A DNA stretch of 20,000 nucleotides from an uncultured virus (IMG/VR IMGVR_UViG_3300025327_000013) (IMGVR_UViG_3300025327_000013), one strand, 5' to 3'; numbered from the stretch's first letter, positions 1 to 9,311 are shown. A program made the numbers and translations. The notes: a model not told the origin generated them from the letters alone.

Positions 1-1
1 C

Positions 2-1084
2 CGCAATATTGTTTGCGCCATGCATCGTCTAGGCTATGACGTGCGCCTCGAGGCATGGGGACAGGGACGCGAGAAACCTCACCGCGAGTCGTTCATTGAC
101 CGCGATCTTCTGGACGAGCTTGCAGCGAAGCCAAAAGACTACGACAACGCGATCACGATCCGCCAAAGCTGGCCACGGTGCGAGCCGTACTACAGCCCTG
201 CCTACAACTGGGATACCATCCAAGGGAAAATCAAAATAGGGCTCCTCCCATGGGAAAGCGAACATCTCCCGGCGACATGGCTGGACAATATACGGACGGT
301 CGACGTCATCCTGACCATTTCCACGTTCTCTGCTGACCGTATAGAGCGGGAACTGTGCCGAGCGTCCGTTCCCACGCCAGTGTGGGGCGTCCCGTTAGGG
401 GTGGATCGCCGGCTGTTCAATCCAGACCGCCCTCCGAGAGCCCTCGAAGGCGCCAGGGCCTTCCGATTCCTCCACATAGGCGTCGGGCAGCCCCGGAAGG
501 GGTCGGATCTCGTGCGCCAAGCCTACCTGAACGAGTTCACGGACGCCGACGACGTGACTCTGGTGGTCAAGACAGGAGGATGGGATGACGCGTCCGCGTG
601 GACGGAGCATCTCGAGGCCAATGCCCCGCACATCCTGGTCGTGCATGATGATAATATCCCGGAAGCGGAGATGGGCGGGTTCTACACGGCCTGCCATTGC
701 CTGGTCCATCCGGCGCGCCTAGAAGGGTTTGGTATGACGATGTTGGAAGCGATGTCGTGCGGGATCCCGGTGATCTGTACGGAGCAGGGTGCGCACCGGG
801 TCTTTGCCAACGCATCCAACTCGATATTGGTCCCGTGCGTGGAGGAACAGTTCGCGTACTTTCAGGACCTCGTGGGCATAGCCCATCGCGTGGATCGCGA
901 GGCCTTGCGCCGTGCCATGCGGACGGCGATGCTGGATGCCTCGTGGCCTATGGTCACGCGAACGAATGTACATTTACTGCTTCCTGGTCTCATAACAGCG
1001 CAAACGTTCTCATGGGCACGCACGGCGGTACAGATCGTAGACCACATAGAACGGATGTTCGGGCCGCTGGATAAAATATCATGA
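2..1084 (+). CDS. GT4 (GT-B) glycosyltransferase, probably 5'-truncated by the window edge
   Basis: HIG..QPRKGSDL and EGFGMTMLEAMSCGIPVI (E-x7-E) motifs. Frame is open to the window start. Confidence 0.9.
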   Translation, partial: RNIVCAMHRLGYDVRLEAWGQGREKPHRESFIDRDLLDELAAKPKDYDNAITIRQSWPRCEPYYSPAYNWDTIQGKIKIGLLPWESEHLPATWLDNIRTVDVILTISTFSADRIERELCRASVPTPVWGVPLGVDRRLFNPDRPPRALEGARAFRFLHIGVGQPRKGSDLVRQAYLNEFTDADDVTLVVKTGGWDDASAWTEHLEANAPHILVVHDDNIPEAEMGGFYTACHCLVHPARLEGFGMTMLEAMSCGIPVICTEQGAHRVFANASNSILVPCVEEQFAYFQDLVGIAHRVDREALRRAMRTAMLDASWPMVTRTNVHLLLPGLITAQTFSWARTAVQIVDHIERMFGPLDKIS

Positions 1085-1788
1085 CAGATTCCGAAGCGAT
1101 TCAACGATTCCGTGCGCTGTATAGCGGTGGTCTGGCACAAAAGCGCCGTGATGCCGGAGACCCGAGTGCCCTAGCACCATGGCAATCCACGTCGTGGATG
1201 GGGAAACCTGTGTCGAAGTGTCCCATGGATCTGTGGGTGTATCAGGAATTGCTGTATGAGACTCAGCCGGATGTGTTACTTGAATGTGGGACGAGTGGAG
1301 CAGGGTCGGCGTTCTTCTTTGCCTCGATCTTCGATTTCATCGGAAAGGGCCACGTGGTCACGGTCGACGTCGATGTGTATCTCCATCTCCGGCGAGAGCA
1401 TCCGAGGATTACGTATCTAGTCGGCGATTGTCTCAGTGAGGAGATTATGTCTGTAATGCGAGAGTGCGCACGGGGGAAGGCGACCATGGTCTCGCTGGAT
1501 TCTACGCATACCTACGTGCACGTGAAACAAGAACTGGCGGTCTATGCACCACTGGTGACGCCGGGGCAGTATTGTGTTGTCGAGGATATCGGGATATTTG
1601 ACGAAGCGTCCGCCGAGCGCGGACCGCAGTTCACGCCAGCGATTCTTGCGGATCTCGACATCGGTGATCCGTACTGGGGGACGCTGGCGGTGGCAGAGTT
1701 TTGTCGCGAGCATCCTGAATTCGTGCAGGATGTGACGCGGGAGCGGCATCTCATGACGTCATTCGCGTGGCTTCGGAGGGATCGGTAA
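1081..1788 (+). CDS. CmcI-family (cephalosporin hydroxylase / rhamnosyl O-methyltransferase-like) SAM methyltransferase
   Basis: KCPMDLWVYQELLYETQPDVLLECGT, LDSTH and VVED motifs; ATGA overlap with upstream gene. Confidence 0.85.
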   Translation: MTDSEAIQRFRALYSGGLAQKRRDAGDPSALAPWQSTSWMGKPVSKCPMDLWVYQELLYETQPDVLLECGTSGAGSAFFFASIFDFIGKGHVVTVDVDVYLHLRREHPRITYLVGDCLSEEIMSVMRECARGKATMVSLDSTHTYVHVKQELAVYAPLVTPGQYCVVEDIGIFDEASAERGPQFTPAILADLDIGDPYWGTLAVAEFCREHPEFVQDVTRERHLMTSFAWLRRDR

Positions 1789-2477
1789 TGAGCTATGGTC
1801 GTGCACCGACGGTGGATTTAGCTGTCACCGTGAACTTGACCGAAGAGAACGTGATCGACGCATTCCACGGCGTCTATTACTCCAGGCTCGACACGCTGCG
1901 ATGGTTCGGGGTGCCCGTGCTCAAATCCCCTATTGATATGTGGATCTATCAGGAGATTCTGTGCCGAACACTGCCGGATGTGATCATTGAAACCGGCACG
2001 GCTTTCGGTGGCTCGGCGTATTTTATGGCAGCAGTTTGTCAGTTGATCGGGAAGGGACGCATTCTTTCTATTGACATTGATCCGACCACAGCGAATCTGA
2101 TGGTGACCAGTCGACCCGTCCATCCCCGCGTGACGTATCTCACGGGCAGTTCAACGGACTCGGCGATACTTCGGCAGGTCAGAGAGCAGATCCAACCCAG
2201 CGAACGTGTGATGGTAATTCTGGATTCGGATCATCATGAGCCGCATGTGAGTGCGGAACTTGAAGCCTACGCTGGCTTGGTCTCGCCAGACTGCTACCTT
2301 ATCGTGGAGGACACGAACCTGAACGGCCATCCCGTGGGGTCGGAGTTTGGGCCTGGTCCGTGGGAAGCTGTGGACAAATGGCTGCCGGAGCATCCGGAGT
2401 TTGTGCTCGACTCGGTCCTCGAGCAGCGCTACGTCGTCACGTTTAACCCGCGTGGGTATTTTCGGAGACTGGCATGA
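1788..2477 (+). CDS. Second CmcI-family SAM methyltransferase
   Basis: KSPIDMWIYQEIL..PDVIIETGTAFGGSA, LDSDH, IVEDT. Start placed at TAATG overlap with GGAGG at 1775-1779. Confidence 0.88.
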   Translation: MSYGRAPTVDLAVTVNLTEENVIDAFHGVYYSRLDTLRWFGVPVLKSPIDMWIYQEILCRTLPDVIIETGTAFGGSAYFMAAVCQLIGKGRILSIDIDPTTANLMVTSRPVHPRVTYLTGSSTDSAILRQVREQIQPSERVMVILDSDHHEPHVSAELEAYAGLVSPDCYLIVEDTNLNGHPVGSEFGPGPWEAVDKWLPEHPEFVLDSVLEQRYVVTFNPRGYFRRLA

Positions 2478-3358
2478 TTGATTCGGCGGTGCGAGATCGG
2501 ACGGCGTGCATGATGAGAGTGAGGAACGAAGAAAGATGGCTAAAAAGGTCACTTGAGCGGACTTACCAGGTGGCAAAGACCGTTGTGCTGTTTGACGACG
2601 GATCTGAAGACAGAACTATACGTGAGGCGCTTGAGACCGTCCTGCCGAGTACGGATGTCATTGATCGCCTGCTGGCTGCGCCAGATCCCATTGCTGTGGC
2701 GTACAACGATCGGTGCTTGTATGTAATCCGTTCTCCGTTTCGGTACAATGTAGTGCGGCCACGAGAGTCAGTCAATGAAATCGTGGATAAGGTGATACTC
2801 TGGCGGTTTGTTAAAGCGACCGTGGATTTTGACTACATACTCTGTCTTGATGGCGATGAAATTCTTACGCTGGCAGCCATTCGTAATTGGTCGTCGGCTA
2901 TCGAACAGATGCGCTCGGGCATTGACATCTTGCACATTCCGTTCCTTTACGCTTGGGATGCAGAAGATCGACGTCGCGTGGACGGTATTTACGGGGACAT
3001 CCCTGGTAGTTCGTTCGCGAAGTTGAATTTCCCGAGGCTCTTTACCATTCTTCGACTGAACGAACATTCTTTGTACAATTCTACCTTCCAGTGGCATGGC
3101 ACACAATGGAGTCTTCACGGAGGCAGTGTGCCTCGCCAGAACTTTCGACCTCTCGGGGCTGAGCCGACGTCTGGGAATGCCCACCTTCCTGTTTTACACC
3201 TTGGATACGTGTCTGAAGAACTCCGGCAACGAAAGTTCATTTTTTATAATGCTCAGGATCCGGCCAACGACGCGGAAGGGCGGTACGAACATATTGTAGG
3301 AAGAAGTGATATTCATGCCCCTGGACCATTGGAATTTGTATCCTGGAGCGATACATGA
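2474..3358 (+). CDS. GT2-like (GT-A) glycosyltransferase
   Basis: VRNEERWL, FDDGSEDRT, CLDGDE (DxD), HLGY. Confidence 0.85.
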   Translation: MIDSAVRDRTACMMRVRNEERWLKRSLERTYQVAKTVVLFDDGSEDRTIREALETVLPSTDVIDRLLAAPDPIAVAYNDRCLYVIRSPFRYNVVRPRESVNEIVDKVILWRFVKATVDFDYILCLDGDEILTLAAIRNWSSAIEQMRSGIDILHIPFLYAWDAEDRRRVDGIYGDIPGSSFAKLNFPRLFTILRLNEHSLYNSTFQWHGTQWSLHGGSVPRQNFRPLGAEPTSGNAHLPVLHLGYVSEELRQRKFIFYNAQDPANDAEGRYEHIVGRSDIHAPGPLEFVSWSDT

Positions 3359-3879
3359 ACGCGAGAACACGCCGACCTATAATTATAAAAGACGGTATAG
3401 CGTATATAGATCTTGCCGGTAGAGACTGGGCACTTATTAACGAGGAAGATTTACCCTTAGTTAGTAATTGGCCGTGGCATAGGATTAGAGGAAAGTATAC
3501 TTGGTACGCCGCAACAAATATTAGAGTGCCAAGTCGTCAACAAGAATACATGCACAGAATGATTCTTGGTACATCTGGGAACAAATATACCGACCATATA
3601 AATGGTAATGGGCTTGATAACAGACTGATCAATTTAAGGGAATGTACTAATGGTCAGAATATGCGCAACGCTGAAAAGAGAAAACGTGGCAAAGTTTTAT
3701 CTAGTAAATATAAAGGAGTATGTTGGTCTAAGAAATCTTCTTTATGGAGAGCAACGATTAAGGAGATGGGCATTCAAAGACATATTGGACTTTTTAAGTC
3801 CGAGGTGGAAGCCGCTAGGGCTTATGATTCAGCAGCAATAAAAGCATTTGGCGAATTCGCAAGGCCAAACTTCGCATGA
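3355..3879 (+). CDS. HNH endonuclease with C-terminal AP2 domain (free-standing homing endonuclease)
   Basis: MHRMIL..DHINGNGLDNRLINLR (HNH); SKYKGV..WRATI..IGLFKSEVEAARAYDSAAIKAFGEFARPNF (AP2). Visibly AT-rich relative to neighbours. Confidence 0.93.
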   Translation: MNARTRRPIIIKDGIAYIDLAGRDWALINEEDLPLVSNWPWHRIRGKYTWYAATNIRVPSRQQEYMHRMILGTSGNKYTDHINGNGLDNRLINLRECTNGQNMRNAEKRKRGKVLSSKYKGVCWSKKSSLWRATIKEMGIQRHIGLFKSEVEAARAYDSAAIKAFGEFARPNFA

Positions 3880-4610
3880 TCTACGCCGTCATCCCGTCCA
3901 GAACTGACGCCTACCTCGACGCGCTCCTGTCCTCCATGGAAGTCTCCGAGCCAGGCATGCTCGGGTATGCCGTGATCGCTGATAATGGGCTAAGTCAAGA
4001 GTTCAAAGATCGCTGGAAGATGATGTGTACGTTCGAACCGACGCCACAACCATTCGTATTCGCACAAGCCATCAACCTCGCGGTGGCCAAGATTCCAAAG
4101 AGCGCGGACATCCTCATCCTGAACGATGATACGACTATGGTGAGTACGTTCTGGCGTCAGCGTGCTGAGCGCCTACTCCGATCCCCAGATCTCGAGCGCT
4201 ACGGCATGATCTCGCTGGCCATCGACGGAGGCGTGGGGAACCCGGAGCAGAAGCGCGTGTTCTGGCAGACACCGGACGTGGTCGAGGCCACGAAGACGCT
4301 GTGCTTCGTTGCAGTGATAATCCGGCGCACGGCGTGGGACGCAGTAGGGCCGATGGATGAACGGTTTCACGCGTACGGCCACGATGACGACGACGCAGTG
4401 CGTCGCATGAAGTTAGGTGGTTGGAAATGTGGCGTGACTCAGCGTATCGTGGTAACGCACGGCGCTGATGGTAGGCCGCACAGCGCGTCATATCTTCGGT
4501 ACCATAGCCAGGAAGAGGCCGATAGGCTCTTCCATGAAAACCAGAGGATCTACTTTAATAAGTGGGGAGGATCTCCTGGGTATGAAAGGTTAACGGTGCC
4601 CAATCCATGA
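3876..4610 (+). CDS. GT2 glycosyltransferase
   Basis: IADNG, FAQAINLA, LILNDD, GPMDERFHAYGHDDDD. Confidence 0.88.
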   Translation: MIYAVIPSRTDAYLDALLSSMEVSEPGMLGYAVIADNGLSQEFKDRWKMMCTFEPTPQPFVFAQAINLAVAKIPKSADILILNDDTTMVSTFWRQRAERLLRSPDLERYGMISLAIDGGVGNPEQKRVFWQTPDVVEATKTLCFVAVIIRRTAWDAVGPMDERFHAYGHDDDDAVRRMKLGGWKCGVTQRIVVTHGADGRPHSASYLRYHSQEEADRLFHENQRIYFNKWGGSPGYERLTVPNP

Positions 4611-4825
4611 ACGCCGTGGCCATGGTCAACATCTGCTTTCGTCATGCGTATCCGGAACTCTACGACCGCGACTGTGTCGAAGAGCCTGCGATCCCAGCGG
4701 ACCTGCGTCATGGCGCTGGTGTCGGTGATATTCCAGTGGGTGCGGAGATTCCGGATGCCGTGACACTGATAGGCGACACACTGTCGGAGGCCGAACGCCT
4801 GCGGGCGCAGCAGGCATCATGCTAA
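4607..4825 (+). CDS. Hypothetical protein, 72 aa
   Basis: ATGA-coupled to the upstream GT2; fills the gap in the operon. Confidence 0.55.
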   Translation: MNAVAMVNICFRHAYPELYDRDCVEEPAIPADLRHGAGVGDIPVGAEIPDAVTLIGDTLSEAERLRAQQASC

Positions 4826-4911
4826 TCCGGTGCCCACAGTGTAAGCGGAAGAGCTTCGACCCCGTGGCTGGGGCCTGTGAACGACGTGCGTGTGGATATA
4901 CCGCGTCATGA
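4819..4911 (+). CDS. 30-aa putative zinc-finger microprotein (not in ORF track)
   Basis: Manual translation MLIRCPQCKRKSFDPVAGACERRACGYTAS*; overlaps upstream stop and is ATGA-coupled to the next ORF. Confidence 0.55.
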   Translation: MLIRCPQCKRKSFDPVAGACERRACGYTAS

Positions 4912-5084
4912 GGGTCTCTTCCCCGCATGTCCTGCCAAAGCGACGTGGTGCCGAACTTATATGTCCCGTGTGTGGTGGCAAGTTTTACGTGAAGCCCTCA
5001 CTGGTGGCGAAAACAAGCACGTGCTCATTGTCTTGCAAGGCGGAGAGACAGCGGCGGCCACAACTTCGGTTGGATGAGACATGA
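4908..5084 (+). CDS. Small putative zinc-finger protein
   Basis: CPVCGGKFYVKPS..TCSLSC; ATGA overlaps at both ends. Confidence 0.6.
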   Translation: MRVSSPHVLPKRRGAELICPVCGGKFYVKPSLVAKTSTCSLSCKAERQRRPQLRLDET

Positions 5085-5566
5085 CTCGTGCTCTGAACCT
5101 CGGGTGCGGGACGAAGCTCAAGAAGCCTGGGGATGAGGGCTTCGATGAATGGATCAACGCGGATATTCGCGAGGATGTCGGGGCGGACATGACTTTCGAT
5201 TGCATAATAGGTATTCCATTCCCTAATGGGTATTTTGATCATGCGGAGGCTGACAATTTCCTTGAGCACGTCAGATCGGAAAGCCTCCTCCCACTGATCA
5301 ATGAACTCGATCGGGTGATCCGAGTTAACGGAACAGTGCGCATAATCGTGCCGCATTTCTTATCACAAGGCGCAGTCCAAGATCCCACTCACGTCGCGCT
5401 ATTTTCACCGCGGACGTTCCTCTATCTCAATCAGCGCCAGACAATATTTGGTGGTCGCGCGATCGGCATTACCGCGAACCTCATCGCCATCGAAGGCCCG
5501 ACGGTCTATGGAGACATGGCCACGGAAGCGTTTATCACGGTGCTGCTGAGGAAGGAGCCACTGTAA
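5081..5566 (+). CDS. Class I SAM methyltransferase (Methyltransf_11-like)
   Basis: LNLGCG motif I, NFLEH, QDPTH. Confidence 0.85.
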   Translation: MTRALNLGCGTKLKKPGDEGFDEWINADIREDVGADMTFDCIIGIPFPNGYFDHAEADNFLEHVRSESLLPLINELDRVIRVNGTVRIIVPHFLSQGAVQDPTHVALFSPRTFLYLNQRQTIFGGRAIGITANLIAIEGPTVYGDMATEAFITVLLRKEPL

Positions 5567-5779
5567 TGATCGGCGTCAGACCTGAGAACGTACAACTGTA
5601 CAAGAGTCTTGCCGCCTATCGTCGCGCGCTCATTACAATTGACGATATTCCGCCTGAGGTGCTCCGAGGTATAGCGTGGCATTTACTGGAAGTCTGTGAA
5701 GTGCTTGTACAAGGACTGGATACGTTCAGAACAACCGTGGAAGATGCAATGGCGAAGCGATGAAGGAGCCACTGTAATG
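5551..5779 (+). repeat. Exact 18-bp direct repeat GAAGGAGCCACTGTAATG at 5551-5568 and 5762-5779
   Basis: Read directly; each copy contains an SD and an ATG. Confidence 0.95.
5566..5763 (+). CDS. Hypothetical protein, 65 aa
   Basis: AAGGAG SD and TAATG coupling. Confidence 0.65.
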   Translation: MIGVRPENVQLYKSLAAYRRALITIDDIPPEVLRGIAWHLLEVCEVLVQGLDTFRTTVEDAMAKR

Positions 5780-6001
5780 TCTGCGTTCTCGTTCGATCGG
5801 TGGATGCCGGAACTTGCGCTGAATAACGAGTTCCTCTGTGTGCGATATCGACAAACCACCACGACCGTATCACGGGATGTCCATAGTCTACACGGGCAGC
5901 CGATATACTTCGACACACGATCAGCGGCGCGAGCACAGTGTGAACTCTTGAATGCGTCGGAGCGTGCAGCTGTAGTTTCAACACGGAGGTTCACCGCGTG
6001 A
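5777..6001 (+). CDS. Hypothetical protein (MSAFSFDRW...)
   Basis: AAGGAG SD in the second repeat copy; GTGA overlap with next ORF. Confidence 0.6.
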   Translation: MSAFSFDRWMPELALNNEFLCVRYRQTTTTVSRDVHSLHGQPIYFDTRSAARAQCELLNASERAAVVSTRRFTA

Positions 6002-6177
6002 TCGTAACCTGTTCTTCGTGCCAGCTAGAATACGACGATTTATATACGCTCACCTATTGCCCACATTTGCCATTCCAAATGCATACGAAGGTCACCGTTA
6101 ACGGCATCCAGCGCTGCTGTCATAGCATCGAAGAACTGCGCGAAGCGATGCTGGACAAGACGCAGAGTGAACGATGA
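5998..6177 (+). CDS. 59-aa Cys/His-rich hypothetical protein (not in ORF track)
   Basis: GTG start, MIVTCSSCQLEYDDLYTLTYCPH...CCHSIEELREAMLDKTQSER*; 4-nt overlaps on both sides. Confidence 0.6.
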   Translation: MIVTCSSCQLEYDDLYTLTYCPHLPFQMHTKVTVNGIQRCCHSIEELREAMLDKTQSER

Positions 6178-6809
6178 CGTTGGGTGCTGAGAAAAGAGCC
6201 ACCAGGATTTGGGAAAAAACATGCCCAGCGTGTGGAGAATCTTTTGCTGTTGGCGGTGCATGTGGACCAATGAGAAAGAAAAAGTATTGTTCTGTGAGAT
6301 GCGCGGGATTTTCCCCGTCCTTTTCTTCACCACGTGGGGCAATGCCGTTAGAGATGAAAAAGGAAGACGCTGCTTGGTTAGCAGGCCTGTTCGATGGCGA
6401 AGGTTGCGTGATCATCTACAAAAGCTCAAGTAAGTATTCAGTCCGATATGCTATGAAGATAACATTGTCCAATACGAACTCAGAAGCACTTGTAAGATGT
6501 AGGGATATTTCCGGGGTTGGCAATGTTGTTCTTGGCAGGGCAGGAACATATAAAAGTAAGCCGAGTTATTACTGGGTCGCCGGCAGTGAGACCGCTGCTG
6601 CTATTCTTCGTCAGATACTACAGTATTCTTTTATAAAGAAACCGCAGGTAGAACTTGCCCTGAAGTTTCAAGAAAAAATGCTGACTGCGTCTTTGAGGGC
6701 TCAGCTTGGATGGCAATTAGAGATGAAAAATGAGCTGCATTTGTTGAATTATCGTGGACCTCGTATTATAACGCAGCGTCTTGGTCGCCCGAAGACAGAG
6801 GCTGTGTAA
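6174..6809 (+). CDS. Single-motif LAGLIDADG endonuclease with N-terminal zinc finger
   Basis: CPACG..YCSVRC followed by AAWLAGLFDGEG; AT-rich. Confidence 0.88.
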   Translation: MTLGAEKRATRIWEKTCPACGESFAVGGACGPMRKKKYCSVRCAGFSPSFSSPRGAMPLEMKKEDAAWLAGLFDGEGCVIIYKSSSKYSVRYAMKITLSNTNSEALVRCRDISGVGNVVLGRAGTYKSKPSYYWVAGSETAAAILRQILQYSFIKKPQVELALKFQEKMLTASLRAQLGWQLEMKNELHLLNYRGPRIITQRLGRPKTEAV

Positions 6810-7486
6810 TGCTACCCATCGTTATGCCGTGTGTGAATTGCGTTTCTTATAGTAAGCAAGCGGTCGCGTCCGCGCATCCTCGCAGCGATCTCTACTTCAT
6901 CGACAACGCCTCGACAGACGGCACGCGCGAGTGGGCGCAGGCAGAGGCCAACGCTGGCAGACTTCGATATCTGCCCCAGAGGTATAATCTTGGCGTGGCG
7001 GCATCCTGGAACCTCGGGATCCGAAAAGCCTTTGCTGACGGCCATGACAGCGTACTAGTGAGCAATAACGATGTTGTGTACGACGTGGATACGATCCCGA
7101 ACCTCGAGCGCTGGCACGAGGAGACAGGGGGCTTTATCACCGTCCACTCGGTCGCGTACCTTGAAACGCTGCTGAAGCAAGCGCGGCGGCATGTGCTGGA
7201 GCAGCCACCGGATTTCGCGGGCTTTGTTATCTCACGGAAAATATTTGAGATGATTGGTCCGTTCGATGAAGGATTCCGTCAAGCGTATTTCGAAGATCTG
7301 GATTATGTCATCCGCATGAAAGACGCTGATATAGTTTACGGCCGTGCTATGAACTCCTTAGTGCTTCATTACCACTCGAGAACTGTACACGAGGGGGGAG
7401 TGAAGGCTTTCCCTCAGCAAGAGTTAAATCGTCGTCGCTTCATTGCCAAGTGGGGGCAACAGCGGCTACAGGAAGTCGGGCAATAG
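6809..7486 (+). CDS. GT2 glycosyltransferase
   Basis: IDNASTDGT, NLGVAASWNLG, SNNDV, FDEGF..YFEDLDY. Confidence 0.92.
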   Translation: MLPIVMPCVNCVSYSKQAVASAHPRSDLYFIDNASTDGTREWAQAEANAGRLRYLPQRYNLGVAASWNLGIRKAFADGHDSVLVSNNDVVYDVDTIPNLERWHEETGGFITVHSVAYLETLLKQARRHVLEQPPDFAGFVISRKIFEMIGPFDEGFRQAYFEDLDYVIRMKDADIVYGRAMNSLVLHYHSRTVHEGGVKAFPQQELNRRRFIAKWGQQRLQEVGQ

Positions 7487-7508
7487 TCAATCAAAGGAGG
7501 ACATGGTA

Positions 7509-7730
7509 ATGGGATCTAGGGGTGCATTCTACCGTACTCATGTCTGTCCCGGAGGAGAGAAGCCACCGGACACACGAGCGATGATCGTTGCAGTTGATAA
7601 AGATAACGCGTTGATTGCGAACGTCCACGTTGGGTGGTATCTCCAGCTTGACGTAGATTGCTACGATTGGATATCAACCGTGCACGTGTCGATCGTGTTC
7701 TGTCCGTGGTGTCGGGTCACGCTCGAATGA
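7509..7730 (+). CDS. Hypothetical protein with C-terminal CPWC
   Basis: AAGGAGG at 7494-7500; IVFCPWC motif. Confidence 0.6.
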   Translation: MGSRGAFYRTHVCPGGEKPPDTRAMIVAVDKDNALIANVHVGWYLQLDVDCYDWISTVHVSIVFCPWCRVTLE

Positions 7731-7891
7731 AAGATATTCCGTCTGACTGGATCCGAGACTATGTGGACAAGTTACTCACACTAGCTGGTCAGTTGCCGGA
7801 AGATGGGAAGATGCGCGAGGCTATGTTGCGAAACGTAGATTGTATTATGAATATGGTACAGGCGTGGAAAGATACTAAGGAGACGCAATGA
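7727..7891 (+). CDS. Hypothetical protein, 54 aa
   Basis: ATGA overlaps at both ends. Confidence 0.6.
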   Translation: MKDIPSDWIRDYVDKLLTLAGQLPEDGKMREAMLRNVDCIMNMVQAWKDTKETQ

Positions 7892-8202
7892 ACACTATAT
7901 CAAACTATCGCTTCGACGGTGTCAAGACTGAGCCAGTGTATTTCTGCCGTTGTGGTGTTGAGCACACAGGAGATTACGCAATCTACGATTTCGGACATCA
8001 TATGTGCTTTCACGATGGACCACTGTGGGATATCGGCTTAGGTCAATTTGTCTGCTCGGAGTGTGGGAAAGATTTCAGAGTTGAGGAGATGCGCTCAGAA
8101 TATGATATTCGTCAAGGTGTACGAAGGAAGTATACTACCCGTTATCAGAAGCTCTCGTGGTGGCAGGAAATAGTCTTGTATCTGCAGGCGCTCTACCGAT
8201 GA
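7888..8202 (+). CDS. Hypothetical zinc-binding protein
   Basis: AAGGAG SD; CRCGVEH, HHMCFH, CSECG. Confidence 0.6.
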   Translation: MNTISNYRFDGVKTEPVYFCRCGVEHTGDYAIYDFGHHMCFHDGPLWDIGLGQFVCSECGKDFRVEEMRSEYDIRQGVRRKYTTRYQKLSWWQEIVLYLQALYR

Positions 8203-9311
8203 TCCGCGTGGGGTATTCGTCGTTTCTAGCTGACAGTTCGGGCATGGGGGAAGCGGCTCGTCGAGTACTGACTGCGTTGTCACTTCTTGACGACGTCGAA
8301 GTCGGTCCAGCGATCCTCAAGGGCGGGAAGCGAATCATCAGTGACGGGGGCTGGCAAGTGCCGATCACGCCAGCGCTCAAAGCATTCATCGACTACGATC
8401 TCTCTGGCCCAGCCGACGTTCATATGATCCACTGCGCTGCGATGGATTTCGATAAGTTTCGGCCACCGTTCATGACAGCGAAGCGGATCGGCATGACTTG
8501 TGTAGAGGTCGATCGCCTACACCGTATCCAGATCGAAGGCTGTAAGTTCGTCGATCAGGTACTCGTACCATCCAAACACAACCAGGAGGTCTTCGAACGA
8601 GCTGGCATAGCGACGACCGTGGTCCCGTATCCGCTGGTCATGCCACCGTATACAGATGAACGGAACATCCCGAACCGGCAGGCAATCGTCGGGGTCTTCG
8701 ATAGCTCGTACGTATTTTATTGTGTAACCACCCTCCAAGAGCGCAAGAATATCATGGGTCTCGTGACCGCGTTCCTCCATGCCTTTACGTGGCAGGATGA
8801 CGTCGCGCTCCTGATCAAGGTTGCTGGTGTGGATCCTCAGCAGGCTGTCAAGGACGCCGCTCTTTTCGTCGGAGCTTTGTGCACGGACATGCAGATCCAG
8901 GATCCGCCAAAGATCCGTCTGCTCGGCGGGGAATGGACGGATCCCATGCTCTGGGGCCTCCATGCTCGAGGGGACTGCTACGTGTCCTTATCCCGTGGGG
9001 AGGCCTTCGGAATTCCTTTGTTGGATGCCGCCGCCATGGGGAACCAGGTCATCGCGGTGCCGTACGGTGGCCACGTGGACTTCTTGCCGGCTGAAAACAC
9101 GCATTGGGTGAAATATAGGATGACGCCAGTTGTCCAGAGATACCCACATTTCAATGGCCAGCAACTCTGGGCCGACGCCGACATCCTTCAGGCCGCCAAC
9201 CTCATGAAGGAGATCGCCAAGAAAGGACGAGGGCCGAAAGCTCTACCGAACCTCACAGCATTTTCTACTATAAAAATCGCGGAGTTACTGCACAAGGTGC
9301 TTACTGAATGA
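8199..9311 (+). CDS. GT4 glycosyltransferase
   Basis: SGMGEAAR, ERKNIMGL, SRGEAFGIPLLDAAAMG. Start at ATGA overlap. Confidence 0.9.
   Translation: MIRVGYSSFLADSSGMGEAARRVLTALSLLDDVEVGPAILKGGKRIISDGGWQVPITPALKAFIDYDLSGPADVHMIHCAAMDFDKFRPPFMTAKRIGMTCVEVDRLHRIQIEGCKFVDQVLVPSKHNQEVFERAGIATTVVPYPLVMPPYTDERNIPNRQAIVGVFDSSYVFYCVTTLQERKNIMGLVTAFLHAFTWQDDVALLIKVAGVDPQQAVKDAALFVGALCTDMQIQDPPKIRLLGGEWTDPMLWGLHARGDCYVSLSRGEAFGIPLLDAAAMGNQVIAVPYGGHVDFLPAENTHWVKYRMTPVVQRYPHFNGQQLWADADILQAANLMKEIAKKGRGPKALPNLTAFSTIKIAELLHKVLTE

Noticed and set aside
6174..6809. LAGLIDADG gene as part of an intein or intron
   Set aside because: Has its own start and stop, no intein terminal motifs, no group I core nearby, and flanking genes look intact.
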